Assembly: GCF_009914755.1 (NCBI RefSeq)
Contig: NC_060936.1
DNA from: the human T2T-CHM13v2.0 reference genome, Homo sapiens
DNA length: 64,000 nt
Strand: one strand, 5' to 3'
The position numbers and the translations under genes are program-made. Of the stretch, positions 46,814-64,000 are shown piece by piece. The notes under the pieces are model-generated. The model was not told where the DNA came from. It did no database searches and worked only from the letters and a program-made list of their open reading frames with translations. Each line of letters starts with the position of its first letter. The first letter of the stretch is position 1.

Positions 46814-49800
46814 ACAGTGAGGCTCTTTCCTCTCCTTACTCCTTACCCACCCTCCAATCTTAAAGCCCCTGAAAACATCAGCTCTTAGTTAGGAGAAGAG
46901 CTGGAGCAAAAAAGCAACAAGAAATCAATTTGCGTTGCCTGTAGTTAGGTGAGGCTTTAATTGGATGCGTGTCTGGAGTTTTGATAATAGGTAGTACCAG
47001 ACTTTTTATTACCTGAGAATGATCAGATAAGCTAAATTAATAAGAATTTAGAGGAGAAAAATACATTCACAGGAAAAGCGTTGAGAAATAAAAATGTTTG
47101 CTTTAATTTCTTCCCTATAAAGTCCAGCTTGTTCAGTAAATCAGTTATATGAACTAACAAAACAAAGAAGAGGTTTCGAGTGCAAGATGAATCCAGGCTG
47201 TACTTACAGCGAATTGGCAAAAACCAAGATAAAAATGAGAAGATATCCAAGATGTTTCAGAAATTTCAGGCTTGAAGATTCAGAGTAGATTGCATGAGAG
47301 ATAGACATTTGGGAGTTAAAAGCATAATAGGCTTGTTAAGGTTATGATCATAGATAAAATCCTTTAGACAGAGAAACATAGTCTATTCAACAGGGCACAG
47401 GCAGGCAACTTAACCATTAATCCTACTAAGAGGCACGCACTATGCTAGGAAGTTTAAATATGTTGCCTCACACATGCATCAAAACAACTCTACAAAGTAG
47501 ATCTTATACCCGTCTTGCCAATGAGGAAACTAGGGTTCAGATGAGGTAAATAACTCACTGAATGGTCACACAACAAAGAAATGCTGGTGCCACATTTGAA
47601 CCTAGGTCATCTGACTCAAAAGCTATTAATCACCAACTATGAAATGTCATTATTCATTCCCAATTTTTGCAGTTGAAAATTAACCTCAATACTCCTATTC
47701 TAGGCATTTCTGATATCAACTTGAAGAAGAATGGAAGACTAGATTTTGATGGTAGTTTGAAAGTTGGGGATGGCCTTCAAGAGATTAGGTGGGTATGGGA
47801 ATCAGATGTAACAACATTATGGAGAGAAATAGAAGAAGATAGCTTTATCTCCTTCAGTTTTTCCACATGAATCTTGAACTCCCCAACCACTTTTCTTTCT
47901 TTCTTCCCTTTTACCATCTCCTGTATTTCCCATGCTCATTCCTGCTGCTAAGCCTTTGGTTCTTGGGATATTTCCCACATGACTTGCCACATCTTCTTCT
48001 GAACCTATCCAAATGCTATGGGCCTTTGAGATTCAATATAAATTCCACTTCTTCTCTGAACCTTTCTTTGCCAAGTCCTGCTTTTCTTTTCCACCCATAA
48101 ACATACACCATAATATTTAGCAATACACTGGTATTTCTTTGACTCCTCAGAAACAGTCACCAGGTCACTCCTAAGCTTGCTGACCAGAGCTAAAGGGGAG
48201 CTGAAGTTCTGTCTTTTCTGCTTCTCTGCTGCTTCCTGGCATTGGGCCTCCCTTATTTCTAGGTGCCCAGTTTTCTTTGCAGTTGCCCTTTCTCCTAACC
48301 TGTACCTATTGCTGCCCTCCCTGTGGATAACATGTTTCAAGTTACCTACATCTTACTTTTAACCCACTTTACATCCAGTATATGTATCTAATTTAATCAA
48401 CATTAAGGTGAGATGCACTGAAAGTTCTTTAACCCTTAGACATTTCTAAAAGTTGGATATTCATGCCAGTGTGGCAGGCAGCTAGGTCTTATCCCTACAT
48501 CACCTTTGACAAAAAAGCCAGCCTTCACAAGGGGAAGAAAAAAGGAGAGTGTGGAGTCATTACCCCTTTACATTTGAGGAGCCTCCTACTACTTTGCTTC
48601 CCCTCCCATAGACGATGATCTCCTTCCGTTTCCCCTGGGAGCTTAAATTCCACTCCATTCTTCCTTCCGACTTCCATAAAGAGGAAACCCCTGTCACAAT
48701 ATACAAGAGGATCCTGACCCTGGACAATGAATCTAAAAATCTTTAGAAGGACTTCAGGGGAGTTTCATGCTCCACCAACTTCCTATTTCGTTGAGCACAT
48801 TTTTGTTGAATACATACTCCCTACTAAACATTGGAGATACAAAGGGAGACAAAAATAATCCCTGAGATTATGTAAGCAGTTTATGGTGGTGGTGGGGTCA
48901 GGCAGTAAGAATTTACAATAAAGTGGGATAAGTCTAAATTTAGAGGATGACAAAGTGCTATAAGAACACACGGAGAGGACACCTAGCTGTCTTGAGGATG
49001 TTAGATAAAGTATCTTAAAAGGGAAGCAATGGCTTGATGAAACCAAAGGTTGATGAGTTAGCCAGGGAAAAGTAGTTGGGAAAAAGATATGTGCAAATGC
49101 TCAGAAAGAAAATGGCATATCCTGGGATCTGGAAGTGTAGTGTGGCCTGAATGGAACACAGTGTGAGTGAGATAATGTGAAAATAAGCTGAAGCAAGATG
49201 AGATCTAAATGGGCTTAAGGAATGTATTTCCTCCTCCTAGAAATGAATGCTTTGTTTGGTTGCTATACTAGTAACAGGAATTAGACACGTTTATTAAACC
49301 GCTTACCATTTAACTTGGTAAATCAAACAACAATGATTTTTACAGGTATCAGGAAATGCCTGTAATTAGATACGTGGTAGGCTTTCCTGTTAATATATAA
49401 TGGTTATTCTCAGTGTTTAAAGAATTAAAGGGACTCGGGTAATTACCAGTTTTAGAGTGAACCATTTGAGAGATAATACCTTACCATTACAAAACAACTC
49501 CTAGGGAAAGTTATATGAGACAGCAAAGGTAATAGTAAATAGTAAAATAATATGAATAGTGAATAATATAGTAAAAACAGTTAAAAATGATTTAGCAATT
49601 TCTTAAAAACAATTGACCACGAAAAAAATTCACAGTAAAACCGAGACTGGGAATATTTCATTCAACCCTCACACATGCTGCTATTGACTGGAAATTTAAG
49701 AAATGTTCATTTGTTTTGACAAAATGGAAAGCAACTGTACATTCTTCCTGGAAACTTTAGCTGAGGTCAAAGTTGTAAATGAAAAGGATGATTTTTTAGA

Positions 49801-50229
49801 GAACAATTCAGTAGTATTGTTTTGCCTTGTCATGAAGAATTTTTGTGCTTCCACAAACAAAAATCTTGGATTGTTAGGTGAACGGTGGCAATCAAGTGGT
49901 TTTCAGAAGACTCAAGTTTCTTCATCTACAAAAATGACAGGAGTGGGGTCAGGATGTTCCCGAAGGCTCCTTCTACTCATAAGAGCATAAAATCTGTGCC
50001 TCTAATTTCTCGCAGAAACAAATAATGAGAACTTCACACCAATTCATTTATTATATGAATGTTTTGTCCCGTGAGAACACTGGTCTATCTTTAGATATGT
50101 AATTTATCAAACTTCTTTGGGCAACCCATCTTCTTTACTTTTTTATTTTTAATTTTTTGGTTTTCTCTTTGTCAAATTTTCATGGAATAACTACATTCAG
50201 GTGTAGTAATAGTAACGCAAAGCTCTGAA

Positions 50230-50700
<471 letters not shown>

Positions 50701-50831
50701 CTTAGGCGCAGGGAGGAGTGGGAGGCAAATTATAGCCGAGAAACCAAAGCTGGCTGATCCGTGCTCAGATCCTTGTAATGTCAGAGCAGACATGAGGACT
50801 TTGTATTTAGACAAAAAATTCAGCCCCCTTT

Positions 50832-51137
50832 CTTTTTCTTTTTTTTTCTTTTTCTTTGAGACGGAGTCTCACTCTGTCGCCCAGACTGGAGGGCAGTGGT
50901 GCGATCTTGGCTTAATGCAAGCTTTGCCTCCCGGGTTCAAGCGATTCTTCTGTTGCGTCAGCCTGTAGCTGGGATTACAGGCGCCAGCCACCACGCCCCG
51001 CTAATGTTTGTATTTTTAGTAGAGACGGGCTTTCACCATGTTGGCCAGGCTGGTCTCGAACTCCTGGGCTCAAGCAGTCTGCCCGCTTCCGCCTACCGAA
51101 GTGCTGGCATTACAGGCCTGAGCCACAGCACCCGGCC
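50832..51137 (-). mobile_element. Alu (AluS-like), PYROXD1 intron 1
   Basis: TSD tcagcccccttt at 50820-50831 and 51139-51150. Confidence 0.93.
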
Positions 51138-52185
51138 CTCAGCCCCCTTTGTTAATTATCGTAGGTGATTGAGTTTAGTTTCCAGATAGTTGCCAAGTCT
51201 TTAGTGCATCTTAACTAATTAATAAAGAATCCCATATGTAAGTTTTCTATACTTCGAACTCCCAAGATAGAAGAAACTTTATTTCTAGTAAAGTTTTGTA
51301 AAATAATCAGCGAAGGATTAAATGCATGTAGGGCTTGCTTTCTTGATTATACTGAATAGCCAGACCATATATATTCAGATACATGTGTGTATTCCAAAAA
51401 GTTCTACATTATTTTGTTGATATAAAGTAAACATGAGCAATCACTGAAGTCATAAGAAATAGTGGAAGAAACTCAAGTGTTTCCATCGTTGGATGCGTAT
51501 TTTCCGTTTATTCACTAAGTAAACATATATGATGCAGGCACCGTATTAAGGGCTGAGTGTTCAACTATGAACAGCATGGTATATACCATGCTGGGGACTC
51601 ACAGCCTGCTGGAAGAGACAATATTACAATATTGTATGTCTATGCAAGAGATATCAACGGTTATCTTAGAGGTGCCTGTGGAGTATGTAGGGAGTGAATT
51701 AGGGAAGAGGAAATTTTTTTAATCAAAGAAGGTATTTTTAAAATCTCATTATGAAAGAATGAGTGAAAGTTTACCAAGTATTCAAGAAAAGAATGTCATC
51801 TCCAGTGGAAAAGCATGGATCATCAGGGAGCAGTAAAGCTTAAAGCATAGATCATAAGGAGTCTTAGCATGCTGAGAACTTAACAAGAATTTACAAGTAG
51901 TCAAATGTTTTTGAGCAGTGGAGTAACTTGATCATATGAAAAGGCTTGAAAGATGATTAGTTACAATGTATTTGTGGCAGAGGCAGCTGGTTTATACGTG
52001 AAACTGGAGAGCCAATTCGAAGGTGATTTCAGTAGTATAAAGAAGTTTTGAGGACCTCATCTAGCAATGGAAACAGCAGAGATATAAATTACAGAATATA
52101 CAGAGGAAAGAAAGATGGAGAGAGTAATGATATTGTCAAATATAGAAAGTTCAAATAAAATGAGACTGAGAAGAATCGCATGGGT

Positions 52186-52320
52186 GTTGGGCACGATAGC
52201 TCACACTTGTAATCTTAGAACTTTGGGAGGCCAAGGTGGGAGGATTGCATGAGTCCAGGAGTTTGAAGCCAGACTGGGCAACATGGCAAGATCCCATCTC
52301 CATTAAAAAAAAAATAAATA
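52186..52320 (+). mobile_element. Alu monomer (FLAM-like)
   Basis: gggcacgatagctcacacttgtaatc...gatcccatctc + A tail; single arm. Confidence 0.8.
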
Positions 52321-53039
52321 ATCCCTTGGATTTTAAGGATTCATAGATCCCTCAAACATGCTGTTTTAGTGATGGAGTAGGAATAGAAGCCAGATTATTG
52401 AGGGTGGTGGTGTCGAGGAACCAGACTTTGAGATAAGAAAATGCTTTCAGGTACAGAGTGAAGAAGACCGAGGTTGTAGCTAAAGGAAAATAATGAAACA
52501 TTAACAAGTTATACCTCTAAATTTTGTGGAAGCAATTATTAAAATGGCTTTATCGTCCCACAATATGTACTGACTGGAAGAGGCAGAATAGGAGTGCCAG
52601 AGCACCTGGGGAAAGTTAGACCAATATTCTAAGTGTTTAATATTGAGGGTTTGCTTTAATTTCATCCCATTGAAGACAAATGAAATATTATTTTAAGATA
52701 AATAGAAGTTGGTTTAACTGGTAATTAGGAAGATAGTTTATTCTCATCCTCTGCATTATAACTCTAAATTGCTATAAAAAATAGTTGAAGTAAATAAAGG
52801 ATATTTCTTTATATCACTTTTCTTGTTCAGGAGTTCTTTGTTAGTGTTTACTGTAAATATTATTTTCTCAGTATCAGAGTTTAATATTATTCACCATTGC
52901 CCCATCAAGACCAAGGATAATGGAGACCTTTAGATGAGGAACAGTGGGTTTTTAATTTTCTAGATTAATTACATTATTAAAATTGCATTATTCTCAACCC
53001 CAAACCATATATACCAGTACTTAAAGTAATTTGTCCTAA

Positions 53040-53162
<123 letters not shown>

Positions 53163-53239
53163 TAACTTCTTAATATTAATTTGAAAAAATTGCAATAACT
53201 TGCATAGCAGTTAGGGTAATTGTGTATTTTTTTCTTTCT

Positions 53240-55780
<2,541 letters not shown>

Positions 55781-58024
55781 GTATTCTGGAGTGTTTTAAT
55801 TGTTTAAAATTACAAATATTCTTTTGAGAGTTATTTTTAAAAAGCTCGAGTTGAGAATTATTCAGATAGAATACCAGAAGCTCCCAGAATGATACTAAAT
55901 TTTTAATCTTCTATTCTTTTTCTCCATTTTCCTTCCACTTAGAATTACTTTTGAGAAAGTTTCCAATAAAAAATTTTCAGGAAAGATGCTCTGCAAATCT
56001 AAAATGGGTACAAATATACATGATATTTATTATCAATATGGGTAGGGGTGTGTGTGTGTGTTTACACATCAGAAAAGTGCTTCCAAGCCAAGTTTATACT
56101 TATAGATAATTAGTGTCTCAGAATACTTTGTATTCCATTAATTTATATTCACATTATAGTAGGAGTCTAAGAACAGTTGGGTAATAGTATCATAGAAAAG
56201 TCATCTCCAAACTTTTTTTTTCCTGTAGCTCAACTGTTAAAAAGTTTTGCCCTGACATCCCAATATATGTATACTAATAAGTTATGTGTATGAGCTACAG
56301 AACTACAATTATAAATGTTATAAAGCCTATGCAAAATAAAATTTCTAAAATGTCGAAAAACGTACATTCTGATCTTTCTTCCCACCCTTCAGTGAAGACT
56401 ACTACCATAGCCCTTCATTTAATACGATGTCTCTGGTAATATCCTGATAATGGAATATAATTTTCTCATGTTGTAAACCCATAAGACCAAGGGTAGTTTA
56501 GTGGCATATACCATGTTGTCCCTTTATAACCTAAATAGAGATACATATGATAGCTTAGTACTTAGGTATAGCCAAAGAGTTATGGAGTTTGGGAGAAATA
56601 GAGGAAAAATTATAGCTATTAATCTTTAAAAGGTAAAAGTACATATTTAATGACAAGCTAAGACTGTATACATAAGAGAAGGATGTATAGCTGGGTCTCA
56701 TAAGTATCTTTCCAGAAGACCTAATTCAGTATAATAATCCAAGAGTTGTGAGACTTGAATTCAGTTTTTGCCGGTTTTGTAAGTTATATACAACAGAAGG
56801 AAAAAGCTTGGTTTCTAGGCCTCTTATTTACTGGTCGGGTAGCCTTGGAAGATCTCTGTAAGCTGCTTCACCTGTAGTATTAGGTTAATACTTTCCTTGC
56901 TTACTTCACAGGGTTGTGAACTTAAATGTGCCAATAACAAATATACAAATATCAGCTATTCTGTGTACAGCAGTAGGAAATGGCATTATCTTTATGATTT
57001 ATTGAGTACCTATATTATATATTAACCAATGTGCTAGGCACATAAGATAAGGAGATTAAAAGTATAGAACATAACACCAAAAAGTCACTAGTGCTTATCC
57101 TGAGGGATTAAGGATGAGATATGAAGAGTGATAGAGACTTTAACATTTACTCTGTATTATGTATTGTTTGTTTAGTGTTACAAAGAGCATGATTCATGAC
57201 TTGTATAATTTTTAAAGGAGAAAAAAGATTACTGCTAATAATTCACATTTATTAAGTGCTTACCATGCATCAAGTGGCCTTCTAAAGGTTTCAGATCTAT
57301 TCTATGATCCTTAAATAACCCTAGAAGTAGGTTCTTACATAATTTGTAAGACTGTAAAGGGGTCATGAGACCAAAAGGTTTGAGAACTGTCAGGGCCATG
57401 CAGTAAGATTTCCATGCAGTTTTTAAGGAGCAGCTGAGGTTGAATATCAATCTGTAAGGCTGTGTGGTCTTTCTGCAGCAAACTGGGCTTAGGACTAGAG
57501 CAAGCAGATAGTTTATAGGGTTGAGGGTTTTCAGGTTAACAGTTTAGGATAAGAGAGCAAGGAAGTAAAGGATTTAGGGAAAAGGTGAAATGATTCACAA
57601 TTGAACTTTAGCTGGACAGAAAGGAAAGTGAGTCTAGAATACTGATGGTTTTATAGAACAGGAAAGAAGAGTGCAAAGACTAGATGACCATAAGGTCTGC
57701 TAGTAAATAGAGAAAGCTTGAAGGATAAGGAAATAAATAAGCTGTTTGGCTAAACTGTAGAAATGTAAGTGGTGTTACCCCTCATTTTACAGGTCAGCTC
57801 TCATTTTATTAGCCAGGAAACTATGGCTTGTAGCACCTGACTTGCCCAGGAGCGGCCAAGCAAATATTTAAGTCTCTAAATGCTGAGTCTAGTCCTCTTT
57901 CCACTCTATATAGTGCAGTTGGCTAACTTGTTTGTTTTATAAACACAAAATAGTGTGTAAAAGCAAAGTATTTTTATTATTTAAGATTCTTGAAAGAAAA
58001 TACTTTAAAAATATACATTTTTAA

Positions 58025-58168
<144 letters not shown>

Positions 58169-58837
58169 TAATTGTTTTCTTAATAACATTTTCCATTGTT
58201 GAATCTTGATGAAGTTTTGCCTGCCTCTTTTCACTCCAGCTCTACTACCACCACCATTTAAGTTTTTAACATGTAAAGTTTAGTGACATTGATTTCCAGT
58301 ATTATTAGAAAAAATACAGTTTTTGTAAGTTTATTGGAATTATATAATTAGATTTGGGATTTTAGTCTTCACATTTCAAATTACATTAATGTTTATAAAG
58401 TGTCCACTGTGTTCTGGATACTGCATTAGGTGCTGGGATGCAGTAGGGTTAATACGAGGTGTCGGCTCCTAGGAACTGTCAGTGTCAAAGGGAATATGAA
58501 CATGCATACTATAATTATATTGACATATAAAAAACACAGTCACTGAAATACTATCAAAGCTCTGATATCAGGGCTTAAGGAAGACTTTACAGAGAGAGTA
58601 AAATGAGGGGGGTATTAACAGATGAGTGAAATTAAGAGTTCCCCAGGTGGAAAGAGGCATTCCAGGAAGGGGAGATTGAATGTTCAAAGACCCAAAGAAA
58701 GGAAAAGAAATATGAAGAATAGAGATGTCAAAGGGATTAGGGTGTGGTTAAGTAAAGGAGATTGGCAATCAAGGCTAGAAGATAAGTAAGTGAGAACCTG
58801 AAGGGTTTTTAATGTCACACTATAAGAAGTTGAGTTT

Positions 58838-59131
58838 GGGCCGGTGCGTTGGCTCACGCCTGTAATCCCAGCACTTTGGGAGGCTGAGGCAGGCGGATCA
58901 TGAGGTCAGGAGATTGAGACCATCCTGGCTAACATGGTGAAACCCTGTCTCTACTAAAAATACAAAAAATTAGCCGGGTGTGGTGGCGTGCACCTGTTAG
59001 TCCCAGCTACTCGGGAGACTTGAGGCAGGAGAATGGCGTGAACCCGGGAGGCGGAGCTTGCAGTGAGCCCAGATCGCACCACTGCACTCCAGCCTGGGCG
59101 ACAGAGCGAGACTCCTTCTCAAAAAAAAGAG
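58838..59131 (+). mobile_element. AluY-like
   Basis: gagaatggcgtgaacccgggaggcggagcttgc; TSD agaagttgagttt on both sides. Confidence 0.93.
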
Positions 59132-59338
59132 AGAAGTTGAGTTTGTTTTATATTTGGGAGAAATTGTAAGGTGATTTTAAGAGCTGGGGCATCAATGATA
59201 AAATAGATTTTTTTTTTTTTTTAAGGAAGATACATCTGATAGGAGTGTTGAGCATGAACAAGTGGCTAGTAGCCAACCAAACTAGAAGGTGGTTATGATA
59301 GTCAAAAATTATGTGAAGAGTCAGGAAATTATGTACAG

Positions 59339-59630
<292 letters not shown>

Positions 59631-60245
59631 TTAAAAAATTGATTTGAAAAATGATGTAAGGTCTGAACTGAGACAGGGACAATGTAGTTGTAAAAAATAT
59701 CCCAGATTTGAGTGAGATTTCTGCTATAAATTTGGCAGGACTCAATAACCCTTTACATGAGAATGAAGAAGGCAGTCTCAGGAAAGGATGTTGTTAGATG
59801 ATTTATAGTATCCTCAGATGAGCTTCAGGTAAGATGAGAAGTAGATTTGTAGTTGTTTCTATAAGCAGTTCTAATTTATGAGTTCTAGCTCATAAATTAG
59901 AGATGTGTTTTATCTCCTTTAGGGATAAAACACATATATACCACATTTGAAACACAAGTAATTTGAGAGAAAAAAGTACTGAATTTTATCAGGAAAAAAT
60001 AAAAAATCTGAATCCCCAAACCAGATAAGTTTCTAATACTTATAGTGGTATTACATATTCCAAGTAATATATTTGTCAATTTATTTGTAAATTGAGGTGG
60101 GCTCTCAAAATATGCTAAATGGATTGTCAGGGAATTTATGTGTTAGGGCATTTGAATGAATCAGAGTGCTTCCCGTTACCATTTGAAAAATATCCCACAT
60201 GCAGTGCATGTCTGCCTTCTCTTATCCATTGTCCTTTACATTTTT

Positions 60246-61017
<772 letters not shown>

Positions 61018-62216
61018 TGTCCTTTACATTTTTTAGTGAATTAGAGATAGTATGTTTTACTTTCACGTCTCTTGCCAAAAATTTAGCAGTAGCTAATGGA
61101 AAGAGTTTTTGTGTTTGTTTGTGCTATTTGTTTTTACAGCAGCTAAATGCAAATTATTTTTAAAGTTTTGTCAGTGCCTATAATTAACTTTTGTTCTTGT
61201 CAGTTGAAATTCTAACCAGATTATTTAAAAGAAGACTTGTATAAAATTTCTACATGGATTATGCTATGCTGGATTACTGGTTTTATGTATTTGTTATGGA
61301 ACTGAAGAATTAATTTGAGTTATAAATGTCTCATTGGATGTTAAGTGCTATGATACAGTTTAACAAGGTTTGTAAGTCAAACACTTGGCACAAACATTAA
61401 CCCCTAAATCATTCGAACAAAGTTGAGCATCTCTCATAGTAGCATGCATTTATGTTTAAATGTTTTCTAAAGGCTACTATTTATATGTGGTTTTTCATTC
61501 AGTATTAAAGAACAAAAGCAATATATCTCTGATATGTAGTTTTAGACCCATTTATGTTATTAATTAATATAAATTTAAAGCCAATACATGCTAGGATTAA
61601 AGATTATCATATTTTTTACTTATACTAAAATATACCCCAAAAGCATTTGGTTTGCTCGTAAAGTCATTATTTGTACTTAAGAATATAAGTACTATTTTTT
61701 TTAAGCACTTCTAGTCTTTTTAGATTAAGAAGACATACCATAACCTCTTGTTCCACTCACTGCTTTTCTGTACTCATAATAGATATGAAGGTAGGATATG
61801 GTTAGAATTACTAGGTCTTCTTACAGTAACTTCCCTTGAGATCAGAAATCTTCATCAAGGCCTGTCACAGGTATAATGAGAATGCTTAAATTTAAAAATT
61901 TCTTGAAGTTTTGTTTTTAACGTGGGGTCAACATACCTTTTCAACCAACATGGGATTCCCTGAAGTTTAATACAAAACTTTGTGTGAATGTACCTTTTTA
62001 TGCCAGGGGAGAAAGACTAGTTTTCAGGAGATCTCAAAATGGTTCATGAGCTTAAAATGATTTAAGAATAACTGGATTAGTACATGTATTCTCATGCTTA
62101 GTTTTGTAATTGCTATAACAAAGAACTGAGTGCCACCAAGAGGCAACCTTAATATATTATGTTTTGCTTTTGCCTTATTGAATTTTTAGTTTAAAGTGAA
62201 GTTGTATCCATGTTGA

Positions 62217-62396
<180 letters not shown>

Positions 62397-62506
62397 TAAG
62401 GTTGGATCGTGAGAAGGAAAATAAAAGAATTTTCTACATTTGAATTAAAGTGTTCCACTTACAATTCCTAAACTGTAAGGGCAGAAGGGAAATTTTTGTT
62501 TCATGA

Positions 62507-62861
<355 letters not shown>

Positions 62862-63499
62862 TATTCCTGCCAATTTTATATTTTTAGTTGACACTATGTT
62901 TTTAAGTTCATGCTGATGTGTTATCAGCGTGAGATAACCCAGATATAATGACTGTGCTGAATATTAACAACTTATATTACACACACATTCATTACTCTAC
63001 TTGGGGAATATGTGATTTGCAACCTAAATAATATAACAATTTTTTCCAAAAAGGTGAAGCGTATTCAAAATGTACTGATCTTATTCTCCAGCAAAAAAAA
63101 TTCAAAAGATCTTTGTGGTACAAAATCATGATAGAATCATAGAACAGAAAAGGTCACTTGGCTTATTGTTCTGCCCTAGATAAACTATCCCAATAAGGTG
63201 AAACATCTGTTTTTGGAGCATTATACAAATTCCTTTTGGTAATTTAATTTAATTCAGGGCTTATTAACCCTTATTGCCAAGAAGCTCTTCCTGGTTTCAC
63301 AATACTATGTCTAACCTCAAGTTCGTTGTTCTGTCTCATGACATGATGATTTTGCATTAATATAATTTATATTCTGAAAATTTAATAATGTTTTCTTTCA
63401 GCCTATTCTCTTAATAATTAGGAATTGAGAGAAAATTAAAGGAACTTGATTATCTTCTTATAAACAATTTAAGTTCATATTATCAGAGATTGAGCTCAT

Positions 63500-63700
63500 A
63501 ACTGTTTTAGCTCGGTCCTCTACATACATGAACTCATTGAATCCTCATGATAATCCTGTGTGACGATTATTACTCCCAATTTACAAATAGGAAACTGAGG
63601 TCAAGAGATTAAGTATGTATCTATACTAATTTAGCTGTTAAGTCTATCAGATACACAATTTAAACTTGTGCTTTTCACCTCTAGGTCCAGTGCTCTTGCA
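63500..63700. mobile_element. MIR relic
   Basis: aatcctcatgataatcctgtg...tttacaaataggaaactgaggtcaagagattaag. Confidence 0.75.
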
Positions 63701-63921
63701 GATGTTTCTTAAATTGCAATATCCTCAATGAAGGACAAACTGAAATAAACTTCAGTTGTTTTTTTCTTGGAGAATTTTAAAGATGTCAGCTTCAGTGAAT
63801 ATTATAAGTTTGGAGATAAATTTAATATAAATTTAGTAGGAGGGCCAGATGTCATTCTGAAGCAGTGGGACTATTCTATACTTCTGAAAGTGCCCAAAGA
63901 ATTACCACTGGCTTCTCTCTC

Positions 63922-64000
63922 TTTTTTTTTTTTAATATATCTATATTTATTATACTTTAAGTTCTAGGGTACATGTGCACCAAGTGCAGGTTTGTTACAT
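63922..64000 (-). mobile_element. L1PA 3' end, truncated by window edge
   Basis: ttattatactttaagttctagggtacatgtgcac...caggtttgttacat. Confidence 0.9.

Overview
Primate, almost certainly human, genomic DNA. The + strand carries the CpG-island promoter and coding exons 1-4 of PYROXD1 (50430-62387). From recalled synteny this is the SLCO1A2/IAPP-PYROXD1 interval on 12p12.1, with SLCO1A2 on the - strand off the left edge. The rest is mostly transposable elements: two full-length, same-orientation L1PA2-like LINE-1s (7701-13746 and ~31914-37934, both ORF1/ORF2-dead), THE1 and other LTRs, many Alus, old L1/L2/MIR/DNA-transposon relics, a 7SL retro-fragment, and an ELOC processed pseudogene split by an Alu inside PYROXD1 intron 3. 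I found no new protein-coding system. The most interesting structure is the L1 pair. The two copies share about 12 variants that differ from the consensus I recall, including the same ORF1 stop, despite having different insertion sites. Both retain antisense-promoter/ORF0 modules (one intact 71-aa ORF0, one extended 102-aa ORF0) pointing toward SLCO1A2, and a well-formed candidate - strand exon lies just downstream of the second. Repeat subfamily names and all consensus comparisons are from memory and need RepeatMasker/Dfam confirmation.
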